Below are positions 47,892-60,349 of a stretch of 64,000 nucleotides of DNA, piece after piece. The position numbers were made by a program, and so were the translations under genes. Within the stretch, counting starts at the first letter, position 1; the number at the start of each line of letters is the position of its first letter. This DNA comes from Myxococcales bacterium (GTDB lineage Bacteria > Myxococcota_A > Polyangia > Polyangiales > DASUME01): positions 5,457,620 to 5,521,619 of the forward strand of contig JASGJH010000001.1 in the NCBI GenBank assembly GCA_047601445.1. Direction: 5' to 3'. Below the pieces are notes generated by a model that was given only the letters and a program-made list of their open reading frames with translations, was not told the DNA's origin and searched no databases.

Positions 47892-48821
47892 TCAGAGCTC
47901 GACGGCCTCGATGCGGCGATTCTCTTGGCGCCCAGCGTCGGTATCGTTCGGCGCAATCGGACGCTCGTCGCCGTACCCTACGGCCGTTACGCGTGCGCCG
48001 TCGATGCCCTTCGAGACGAGGTAATCGCGGCACGCCTGGGCGCGCTTCTCGGAGAGCTGCTTGTTGGTCTTCGGGTTGCCGACGTTGTCGGTGTGCCCGG
48101 CGATCTCGATCTTCGCGCTCAGTTTGTGCGCCATGTACTCGACCACGGTATCGAGCTGGGCGAACGACTCCGGCCGAATGCTGGCCTTGCCGCTGTCGAA
48201 GGTGACGCCGTTCAGCACGAAGCCAGCAGGCTCTGGTAGCGCAGCCGCCGCGGCGGGACGAGGCGGCGGCTCCCAGCGCTTGTAGCGCAAGGTCAGTCGG
48301 ACGTTTTGGTTCGGCTCTTCGCTCACGGGCACCGTGGCCGCGATGTCCTTGCGACCGAGCGCGAGATAAACCAGGTCGTACTTCTTGCCCACAGGCACCA
48401 GCACCTCGGCGTAGCCTTCGGCGTTGGTCTCCTGCGTGTAGTACTTGATGCCGTCGGGCGAGGTCAGCGAGATCACGATGCCGCGGATGGGCCCCTTCTC
48501 CTTGTCCACGACTGTGAACTTGAGAGCGGCCTCGGTGCGCGTGGCCTTGATCTGCGACTCGGGATGCTCCTGCGGCTTGTTCTTGGGATCGGTCTTCGCG
48601 ACCTGGAACTCCATGGGCTTGCTCGGATCGACGTCGGTGACCGGCGCGACACCCGAGCCGTCACCACCCGTGCCTTCGCTCGATTCCGCGCTCGTGGTGG
48701 CGACCTCTCCTCCGGCTGCGGCTTCTGCAGGATCAGCCGACGCGGCGGGCTCGGACTTCTGTCCCCCGCCGCAGGCAACTAGGGCCAAGGCTGTGATCGT
48801 TGTGCCTACAAGGTGGCGCAT
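47892..48821 (-). CDS. OmpA-family lipoprotein (peptidoglycan-binding C-terminal domain)
   Basis: Lipobox LALVACGG after MRHLVGTTITA. C-terminal OmpA_C motif (IEIAGHTDNVGNPKTNKQLSEKRAQACRDYLVSKGI...RRIEAV). Confidence 0.8.
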   Translation of the reverse strand: MRHLVGTTITALALVACGGGQKSEPAASADPAEAAAGGEVATTSAESSEGTGGDGSGVAPVTDVDPSKPMEFQVAKTDPKNKPQEHPESQIKATRTEAALKFTVVDKEKGPIRGIVISLTSPDGIKYYTQETNAEGYAEVLVPVGKKYDLVYLALGRKDIAATVPVSEEPNQNVRLTLRYKRWEPPPRPAAAAALPEPAGFVLNGVTFDSGKASIRPESFAQLDTVVEYMAHKLSAKIEIAGHTDNVGNPKTNKQLSEKRAQACRDYLVSKGIDGARVTAVGYGDERPIAPNDTDAGRQENRRIEAVEL

Positions 48822-48886
48822 CGTGCTCCCTTTATGGTCAGAAAGGCTGCGCACGACGCTAACACACGGGACTGCCGCAAATCGAA

Positions 48887-50134
48887 CTAACGCTCGCTGC
48901 GCGGAGCGCGCGCAGGGCCTCTCGCGACCGCCAAACGACGGCGCCCCAACCACACGAGCACGCCCAGCAGAACCAGGCTCGCGGTGGAGCCTTGCCTTGC
49001 GTGCGCGGCGTTCGGACCGAGGCTGCAGGCCCCGGCTCCCACCTTCGACTCCTGCGGCGGCTCGTCCGCGACGGGCCCACGTTTAGGAACTACCGGCTGG
49101 GTCGGCTGCTCTGGATCCATGTCGAGCGTCTCGATCTCGTCCTCGAGTGCCTGCACATCGCAGTTGTGCTCGAACTCATCGCAGTCTGGCGCGGGTTCGC
49201 TCGAATACCCAGCCTCGCTGTCAGCCAGGCAAAACGCGGCGCGCGCATGGCACCAGTCGGCAAGCAGCTTGGCCGGTGCATCCCCTCCGTCCACCGAGGG
49301 TGGTGCGAGGCAGGACGCTAGATTGAAATCCGACAGCTGTGCATTTTCGCGCTCAGGCCCAGGAATCGACCCGGTCAGACATACCTGGCGGCGCTCCTCG
49401 TGCCCGTCGTACACGTTGCGAGCCACGAGCGTGACACACGATTGCACACCGGGTTTGAGGGGAACGCGGGCGGAGGCAGTGAGTGCGAGAGTCCAACCAG
49501 CGGGCAGCGGCTGGGGTGTGTTCATGGAGGACGCCGCGAACAACCAGCCATCCCGTTCCGCAATCTCGACCTCGAGCTGCGAGGCATCCACGACATGGGT
49601 CGTGGTGAAGATCTGGTCGTCCAAAGCACAGCCTCCATGGTCGATGCCCGTATGGCAGGAGTAGCGTGAGCCGGCCGAAACCTCGTCCCATGTCTCGCTG
49701 GCCATCACCGCATCGAGCCCAGCGCCTACGCTCGATTGCGCGAGCTGAAATTTCTTGGCTGAATCGGCCCAAATCTCGACCTGGCCTTGCGCGCTCAACC
49801 CATAGTCCACGCCCGCGACGAGCGGCGTGGTGGGGGTAAACGCGAGGAGCGCGTAGTGGCTACCTTCCTCATGCGTGCGCGACCAGGTGCCAGCGATCTC
49901 GCTGTCTGGCGCGTCCTGTCGGAAGACGCGCAGCGTAAGCACGGCGTCTCTACACTGATCGGGGTTGTCCGAACATCCCAACCAAAACCACAAGGGACCG
50001 GCGGGCTGCGCCAAACCCGCGGGGGCCAACAGGAGCCCTCGAAAGGGAGGCGAGCACGCAGCAGCGCGCTCGGGCGTAGCCAGCACTCCAAACGCAAGAA
50101 GAGACAAGGCGGAAGCGAGACTTCGATTGATCAT
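48887..50134 (-). CDS. Secreted protein with MYXO-CTERM-like C-terminal sorting signal
   Basis: Signal peptide MINRSLASALSLLAFGVLATPERAAAC. C-terminus GAGACSLGP...GSTASLVLLGVLVWLGRRRLAV has a Cys/Gly segment, a TM helix and an Arg cluster. Confidence 0.6.
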   Translation of the reverse strand: MINRSLASALSLLAFGVLATPERAAACSPPFRGLLLAPAGLAQPAGPLWFWLGCSDNPDQCRDAVLTLRVFRQDAPDSEIAGTWSRTHEEGSHYALLAFTPTTPLVAGVDYGLSAQGQVEIWADSAKKFQLAQSSVGAGLDAVMASETWDEVSAGSRYSCHTGIDHGGCALDDQIFTTTHVVDASQLEVEIAERDGWLFAASSMNTPQPLPAGWTLALTASARVPLKPGVQSCVTLVARNVYDGHEERRQVCLTGSIPGPERENAQLSDFNLASCLAPPSVDGGDAPAKLLADWCHARAAFCLADSEAGYSSEPAPDCDEFEHNCDVQALEDEIETLDMDPEQPTQPVVPKRGPVADEPPQESKVGAGACSLGPNAAHARQGSTASLVLLGVLVWLGRRRLAVARGPARAPRSER

Positions 50135-50237
50135 GCCCGACCTGTCGCAACGCTCATGCCAGCCCCAAAGCTCAATCCTTGCGCTTTTAACCCCGTGTCA
50201 GCGTGTGCCGAGCGCCAGCTCGAGCAAGGAGTCGGCG

Positions 50238-50480
50238 CTAGCGCTTGTTCCCTCGAGTGCACGCAGCGCGCTTTGCGACCCCGGATCGACGGCGCCCAAG
50301 CAACGCGAGCATGCTCAGCAACGCCAAGCTCGCGGTGGAGCCCTCGTCTCCCTGTGCGAGGCCCACCGGGCTCACCACGAGCACCTTCGGCTCCGGCGAG
50401 CACGCAGCCGCAGGCTCGGGCGTGACCATCACGCCGAGCGCCAGGAGAGAAAAGGCTGAAGCGAAACTGCGGTCGATCAT
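50238..50480 (-). CDS. 80-aa 'mini' paralog of the preceding gene: signal peptide fused directly to the sorting tail
   Basis: MIDRSFASAFSLLALGVMVTPEPAAACSPEP parallels MINRSLASALSLLAFGVLATPERAAACSPP. Its tail GSTASLALLSMLALLGRRR parallels GSTASLVLLGVLVWLGRRR. The upstream leader DNA is also duplicated (50135-50237 vs 50481-50560). Confidence 0.5.
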   Translation of the reverse strand: MIDRSFASAFSLLALGVMVTPEPAAACSPEPKVLVVSPVGLAQGDEGSTASLALLSMLALLGRRRSGVAKRAACTRGNKR

Positions 50481-50564
50481 TCCCGACCCACCGCAACGCC
50501 TATGCCAGCCTAAAACCTCAATCCTTACGCCGTAACACCGTGTCAGCCTGTGCCGGACACCCGC

Positions 50565-52085
50565 TCAAGGAGCAGGAGCCGGCGCAGGCGTTGGCGCCGT
50601 GTCTGGCGCGGGCGTCGGCGCAGTGTCTGGCGCCGCGGGCTGCTCACCCGGCTGCGCAGGCTTCGTATCGAAGTCCTCCAGATTCACGTCATCCAGGTCT
50701 TCGAGACTGGGTGCGTCCTCTTCGAGCTCATCCAGCCCCACGCCGCCAGGTTCACCCTGGTCAGGCGCCGGCGCGGCGCCGGTGTCTGCGGGGGAGAGGT
50801 CCGCCGTCTTGGACAGCGAGGGCAGGAAGGTGGAGAGCCAGGGCACATAGGTGGTGATGACGAGCGTCACACCGAGCACCGCGATGAAGGGCAACACCGA
50901 GCGGTAGACGTTGGTCACCGGCACGTTGAAGCGGAAGCTCGAGATAATGAGGTTGAGGCCGAGCGGCGGCGCCAGGTAGGCGATCTCCAGGTTCACCAGG
51001 AAGGTGATGGCCAGGTGGTAGGGATCGACCGCGAAGTGCTTGGCGATGGGCACGATCAGCGGAACCACCACGAAGATGGCCGCGAAGATCTCCATCACCA
51101 TGCCCGCGAGCAAGCAGAACACGTTGAGCACCAGCAGGAACATGGTCTTGGAGGTGATCAGGGTCTGCATCGCCTCGAGCACGCGCATGGGCACCTGGGC
51201 CTGCACGAGATACGAGGTGAAGCCGATGGCCGTGGAGAGGATGGCGAGGATGGCGCCCACCAGGGTCATCGACTCGCGGATGATGCGCGGAAGATCCCGA
51301 CGGACGTCGAGCTCACGGTAGATGAAGGTCTCGATGAAGAGCACGTACAGGCCGGTGAAGGCCGATGCCTCGTGCACGCGCAAAAGACCCGAAGCCAGGC
51401 CGCCCACGATGACCACGGGCAGACCGATCTCCCACTTGGTCTCCTTGATGGCCTCCCAGGCGACCTTCCTGTCGAACTTGGTGCGTGGGACGTTGGACTT
51501 GACGCCGATGAACGCCGAGTAGACGCAGGTGGCGATCACGGTGAGGATGCCGGGCAACAGACCTGCAAGGAACAGCTTGTCGAGCAGGATGTTGGCCACG
51601 ATGCCGTAGAGGATGAGCGGCAGCGCGGGCGGGAACATGATGCCGAGCGAGCCGGCCGTGGTCACGAGGCCGAGTGAGAACTGCCGGGGGTAGTTCTCCT
51701 GGATCAGCGCCGGGAACAACAGACCACCGATGGCCACGATGGTGATGCCGCTACCGCCAGTGAAGGTGGTAAAGAACGCGCTGGTGATCAGGCACACCAC
51801 GGCCAGACCGCCGGGCATCCATCCGAAGACGGCGCGCGAGAACTTGATCAAGCGGCGAGGCGTGCCGCCCTCCGCCATCAGGTAGCCGGCGATGGTGAAG
51901 AGCGGGATGGTCACCAACTGGGGCGAATCGGCGAACTTCTCGCTGAACACGTCGATGGCGACCGACGTGATGGTGCCACCTTGATCCTGGTTGAACAGGT
52001 ACATGGCACTGGCGCCGAACATCATGAACAGCGGCATGCCGATGAGAGCGACGGCCAGGAAGGCCAGGGTAATGATCAGCGTCAT
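50565..52085 (-). CDS. dctM: TRAP transporter large permease DctM with an ~80-aa acidic Pro/Ala/Thr-rich C-terminal tail
   Basis: DctM-family TM core (LFMMFGASAMYLF, GGSGITIVAIGGLLFPAL). Tail ...APDTAPTPAPDTAPTPAPAPAP. Confidence 0.85.
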   Translation of the reverse strand: MTLIITLAFLAVALIGMPLFMMFGASAMYLFNQDQGGTITSVAIDVFSEKFADSPQLVTIPLFTIAGYLMAEGGTPRRLIKFSRAVFGWMPGGLAVVCLITSAFFTTFTGGSGITIVAIGGLLFPALIQENYPRQFSLGLVTTAGSLGIMFPPALPLILYGIVANILLDKLFLAGLLPGILTVIATCVYSAFIGVKSNVPRTKFDRKVAWEAIKETKWEIGLPVVIVGGLASGLLRVHEASAFTGLYVLFIETFIYRELDVRRDLPRIIRESMTLVGAILAILSTAIGFTSYLVQAQVPMRVLEAMQTLITSKTMFLLVLNVFCLLAGMVMEIFAAIFVVVPLIVPIAKHFAVDPYHLAITFLVNLEIAYLAPPLGLNLIISSFRFNVPVTNVYRSVLPFIAVLGVTLVITTYVPWLSTFLPSLSKTADLSPADTGAAPAPDQGEPGGVGLDELEEDAPSLEDLDDVNLEDFDTKPAQPGEQPAAPDTAPTPAPDTAPTPAPAPAP

Positions 52086-52088
52086 GGT

Positions 52089-52817
52089 TCAGCCCTTCCC
52101 ATCGCGGTTGAGATCCTTGGCGACGGCATCGGCGTTGCCCTGCAGGCCCTGCTCGTGCGGATCACCAGGATCGACTTCGCCGCGGGCGAGCCGCTGGGCG
52201 TTGAGCACACCGCCGGCGAACATGCGCACGGCCATGAAGGAGAACATGGCGGGCACGATCAGCTGGAACGCCGCGCCAGGGGTTTCCATCTTCATGCCGA
52301 GGGCGGAGAAGATGCCACGTACGATGCAGTAGGGGCCGGCCACCGACTGAGTGTCCTTGAGCACCTGGGCGCTCGCGTCACAGACGTGGATGGCACCCTC
52401 AGGGGTCAGCGTCTCGTACGCCGCGGTGAGCTCCTCACCGTTGATAATCACGGCGTCCATGAAGGCGCGCGCGAGGTAGAAGCAGATCACCGAGCCGATG
52501 AACCCGACGAGCATCTGGAAGATGGTGCGCACGAAGGGCGACACGAAACGCGGCACGATATCGATGGCCACGTGCTTGTTGGCGTGCACGCCGAGCGACG
52601 CACCGAGGAAGGCCAGCCAGAGCGTGCCCTTGGTGAGAATGAAGTCTGCCCAGTCCATCCACTCGAGGCCGGCGTTGGCCCAAGAGATGCCCATGTTGGC
52701 GAGGTTGCGCATGAGGGCCTGCGCGAAAGCCATCACCAACATCAGGAGCAACATCCACATCGCGACCGTGGCCTCGCCATGGGCGATGCCATCGTTGAAA
52801 CGTTTCAGCATGGTCAA
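52089..52817 (-). CDS. dctQ: TRAP transporter small permease DctQ
   Basis: Four TM helices. 3-nt spacer to dctM. DctQ-like N-terminus (EATVAMWMLLLMLVMAFAQALMR). Confidence 0.75.
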   Translation of the reverse strand: MTMLKRFNDGIAHGEATVAMWMLLLMLVMAFAQALMRNLANMGISWANAGLEWMDWADFILTKGTLWLAFLGASLGVHANKHVAIDIVPRFVSPFVRTIFQMLVGFIGSVICFYLARAFMDAVIINGEELTAAYETLTPEGAIHVCDASAQVLKDTQSVAGPYCIVRGIFSALGMKMETPGAAFQLIVPAMFSFMAVRMFAGGVLNAQRLARGEVDPGDPHEQGLQGNADAVAKDLNRDGKG

Positions 52818-53870
52818 CCTCTCGATCCCATGTGGTGGAGGGTCGCGATCATCGCGGCGAGGCCAGCGGGGCCTCGGCGCTGAATGAGCGCATTGCCTTC
52901 GCCATCGGCCGCGGGACCCGACGATGACTCCGACGTTTCTAAGCTGTTATTGGACATGACAAACCCCATATGCACGCGCAGGGTCGCGCGTCAGTGCTTT
53001 TCCAAGACGGGCCGTGTCACGGACCACCTGGGCGTGTGACACAGCGCGCCACGACCAGTGACCGCGCGAACCCCGTGGATGAGCGCGGAGACCTGCTGCG
53101 GGATCGGGCCTCGCTGCTTCAAAAAGCGCGGAAAAAAGCGGCGATCGCGGCAGCATGCTCGACACGGCGCGCGATAGTACACGCGCACCTGAGGCCTATC
53201 AAGCTGTCCCCAGTTGACGCTCCGTGAGCCTTGGGCTGAAGCAGAAGGAGGCTTTTCCACGCGGGCCCACGCAGCGATCCGGATTGGCGATCGCTGCGCT
53301 GTCGACGCGTCGAGGTGAGAAGCGCACGGACGGGAGCGTCGCGCGGAAGCTCGCCGTTGGTAGCTGGCCAGCGCCTGGCGCGGCGCGGTCCGGGGGCGCG
53401 TTGCGCGGACCGTGAGGACGGGGAGTGCAGGGCGCTGCGCGAGCCACGGCACAGAAGGGCCGGGCTGTACACGAGGCGCCGCTCGGGGCAGCCGTTGGAT
53501 GCGGAAGCTGGGCGGCCTGGGCATTCGTTTCGCAGGGGGCGGATCACGGGAGGCACACGAGGGGGATTCCGCGAGACACCCTGCGGCGGGCCCGGTCCAA
53601 CCGGGGCGGGCATAGGTGGCGCGAGTGACACCGGCCGCGGCGCGGGGACCCGTGTCATGTGTGGGCCGCGGCAGACCACGTGGGCCGAGCGGAGTCCGAG
53701 CACCACGTCCGACCCGGCTCGGACGTGGCAAAGAGCCTCGCACGGGCCGACTGCTCGAGCCTCACTCATCCGATCCCGAATGACACATCACGTGGAGCGC
53801 GTGTTCGGGCACACCCAAGCGGCGTTAGCGACATAGAAAGGCTCAATCGTTCCGCGTATCCTGGCCCGAC

Positions 53871-57740
<3,870 letters not shown>

Positions 57741-57933
57741 GAACACGCCCTACCGACGTGCCCGTCCTGGAGTGATGTCGAATCACGACAGGCATGTCGC
57801 GGGGTGAAGTGAAACGACGACAGCCCTTCACCCCATTCGTTCTTTCACCTTCTCGCGATTCACACCGAACCTCCACGAAAGCGGGTGATTTCGCGATGGG
57901 CGCGCTGGCCTCGGACTTGCACTGGGCGGCCCC

Positions 57934-58461
57934 ATGGACGCTCTCGCAACTCGACTTCGCCCGCTCCGCAGCTGGCTCGCTCCCGCCCTCGTGCTCTCGT
58001 GTCTGTTCTTCCTCACGGACACGGCCGCGGCGCAGCAACAGCCCACGCTCACCTCGCCGGCTCCCTATCAACTCAGCACCAACTCCGAGCAGGGGCCGGC
58101 CCACATGCCCTCGCTCACCATGCCTCGCTTCGAGCTCGCCTCGGGCATCACTCTGTTGGCCGCGGCCGTGCCGGTCGCCGTCGTGGCAGGGTTACTGGCA
58201 GGCCCACCTTTGTTCGCCGATTGCGAGGACAGCTCCGATCCCTATTGCTCCGAGCGACTCGATGAGAAGGAGGAACGAGGACGCGCGGTCGGCATCGTCA
58301 CGGGGCTCTTGTTTGCGGGATTGGGCACGGTTCTGACCGTCCACGGAGCCCTCCGCATTGGCCGCGTCAAGGCCCAGCGTCGAGCTCTCCTGCAACCGAG
58401 CGCCTTCAACGTGCTGCCCGCCCCCGGACGCGCGGTCGCCCAGGTGAGCTGGCGCTTCTGA
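57934..58461 (+). CDS. Hypothetical membrane/secreted protein
   Basis: N-terminal hydrophobic leader (LAPALVLSCLFFLTDTAAAQQ) and two further hydrophobic segments. 175 aa. Confidence 0.45.
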   Translation: MDALATRLRPLRSWLAPALVLSCLFFLTDTAAAQQQPTLTSPAPYQLSTNSEQGPAHMPSLTMPRFELASGITLLAAAVPVAVVAGLLAGPPLFADCEDSSDPYCSERLDEKEERGRAVGIVTGLLFAGLGTVLTVHGALRIGRVKAQRRALLQPSAFNVLPAPGRAVAQVSWRF

Positions 58462-58480
58462 GGTCGCCTGGGGTCCTGGG

Positions 58481-59728
58481 TCAAACGCGAATGCGCAGCG
58501 CGCTGAGCACGAGCCCGCCCACGAACAGAGAGCCGAGCGCCCAGACTAGCTCCTGCCCGGATGCCTCGGTGAAGATCCACAAGCTCACCAGTGAACCGAG
58601 CAGGGGCACCGCATAGCTCCCCACCCTCCCCGCGAGCCCGCCGCGACGACGCAAGGCGAGCACCGCCAGACACGTGGACAGGTACTGCACGGCGACGCTC
58701 ACGTTCGACATGCCCAGCAGGGCGCGATAGTCGAAGGCCGCCACCAAACCGCTCACCACCAACGCGGTCACCACCACCGCGCGATAGGGAGAGTCGAAGC
58801 GGGGGTGCACCGCCGCGAGCCCGCGCGGCAGCAGGCCGTCGACCCCCATCGCATAGAGGTAGCGCGGGATGCCCAGCGCGCTGCCGGAGACGAAACCCAG
58901 CGTGGACACGAGGCCTCCACAGAGCACCAGAAACGCCAGCCCTGGCACCACGGCCAGCGCGGCGTCTGCGAGCGGTGCGTCGCTGGGAGCGGAGAGCTTC
59001 GGATAGGACAACACCAAGACCGTCTGCACCACCACGTAGACCAGCGAGGCGGCCAGCAGCGATCCCACGATGGCACGCGGCATGGCGCGCTCCGGATCCC
59101 GCGTCTCGCCCGCCGGTACCGGCACCACCTCGAAGCCCTGGGCCGCGAACAGCGCGGCGAAGGTCGCAGCGCTCACGCCCGCGAGACCGCGCGGCAGTTC
59201 GGCGCTGTGCTGAGCCAACGAGAGGTGAGGCACGAGCGCGAAGACCAGCGTGAACAGCACCGCGAACTTGGCGAAGGTAAAGGTGTTGACCGCGCGCGCA
59301 CCGGGCCTGGCCCCACGGTAGTTCAGGGCCGCGAACGTGAACACGATGACGAGCGCCACCAGCTTCGGCCAAGCCGCTCCGCTCAGCCGAGGCCAGATGC
59401 GCCCCGCATAGGCTGCGGCCGCCGACGCGACCGCCGCGAAGGAGAACATCGAATTGGCCACGCACATCCAGCCCACGGCGAAGCCCACGCCCGGGCCGAA
59501 CGCCTCGCGCGCGTACACGTAGGGCCCCCCGGTGCGGTCCACCTTGGAGGCGGCTTCGGCGTAGCAGAGCGCCACCGGGAGCAGGCCCACCGCGCACAGC
59601 AAGAACGCGAGTGGCGAGAGCGAGCCCATGTCGCGTGCCAGGTCGTCGGGCAGCACGAAGATGCCCGACCCCACGATGGCATTGAGCCCGATGCAGACCA
59701 CGTCGAAGAGCGAGAGCGAACGCCGCAC
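58481..59728 (-). CDS. APC-superfamily amino-acid/polyamine permease
   Basis: 12-TM profile. N-terminal LSLFDVVCIGLNAIVGSGIFVLP is the APC signature. The overlapping 510-aa ORF on the same strand is Arg-rich in a different frame and is rejected. Confidence 0.8.
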   Translation of the reverse strand: MRRSLSLFDVVCIGLNAIVGSGIFVLPDDLARDMGSLSPLAFLLCAVGLLPVALCYAEAASKVDRTGGPYVYAREAFGPGVGFAVGWMCVANSMFSFAAVASAAAAYAGRIWPRLSGAAWPKLVALVIVFTFAALNYRGARPGARAVNTFTFAKFAVLFTLVFALVPHLSLAQHSAELPRGLAGVSAATFAALFAAQGFEVVPVPAGETRDPERAMPRAIVGSLLAASLVYVVVQTVLVLSYPKLSAPSDAPLADAALAVVPGLAFLVLCGGLVSTLGFVSGSALGIPRYLYAMGVDGLLPRGLAAVHPRFDSPYRAVVVTALVVSGLVAAFDYRALLGMSNVSVAVQYLSTCLAVLALRRRGGLAGRVGSYAVPLLGSLVSLWIFTEASGQELVWALGSLFVGGLVLSALRIRV

Positions 59729-59827
59729 AGCGGCCAGAGTGTAAGTGCACTCGCATCTTCACGAAAGAGGTCACGCGAGGTTCCGCACGGGGGAGGTCAC
59801 ACGACCTCCCCCCGGAGTGCCGGGGCC

Positions 59828-60091
59828 TCAGTTCTGGAAGGCTTGCTCGCGCAGCGCGAGCGGCACCGGCTGGAACTCATTTCGAGCGCCGCCGCAGCTC
59901 ACGCAAACCACCTCGTCGATCTCATCGATGAGCTCGACGCAGCTCGGGCAGACCTTGGCCTCGCAATACACGCAGACGCACTCTGCGATCGCTGGGTAGA
60001 GGCCGGTGCAGTGGGCGCACATCTGATAGGCGAGTTCCGTTCGAAGGCCGACACTCGGGCGCACTCCGCCCGCGGCGTGGTTCGCTGACAT
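59828..60091 (-). CDS. Small zinc-ribbon-like protein (4x CxxC)
   Basis: 87 aa from MSANHAAGG. Four pairs CAHC...CVCVYC...CPSC...CVSC. Start cat at 60089-60091 verified against the sequence. Confidence 0.45.
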   Translation of the reverse strand: MSANHAAGGVRPSVGLRTELAYQMCAHCTGLYPAIAECVCVYCEAKVCPSCVELIDEIDEVVCVSCGGARNEFQPVPLALREQAFQN

Positions 60092-60349
60092 GGTTCTCTC
60101 CTCGTAGGGGTCTCGACACTGGTCGAGCCGAGTGATGGAACGTCTTACAGCAACAACAACTACGCGAGCGACAGTAACAAGAACCGGGCCAGCGAAAGGG
60201 GTCGCAGAGCACTTTGCCGATTTCGGTGGAGATTTCGCGACTTCCATGGTCTAGCGCGCCGTCCCGATCTCGGAATTTGGAGGTCGCCCAATTTCGCACA
60301 AGAGCGCCTCAGGCTTTCATCCCTGTAGCGCCTGACACCCATGATTCGT

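Noticed and set aside
50550-51677. 375-aa plus ORF (His/Glu/Arg/Gly-rich)
   Set aside because: Antisense to dctM.
52991-53769. 250-aa and 216-aa minus ORFs in the 1-kb gap upstream of dctQ
   Set aside because: Pro/Arg/Ala-rich low-complexity translations with no start context or motifs. They were checked as possible dctP remnants, but nothing resembled a substrate-binding protein.
58242-59774. 510-aa minus ORF overlapping the APC permease
   Set aside because: Same strand, other frame. Arg/Gly-rich. The 415-aa frame shows the APC N-terminal signature and 12 TM segments.
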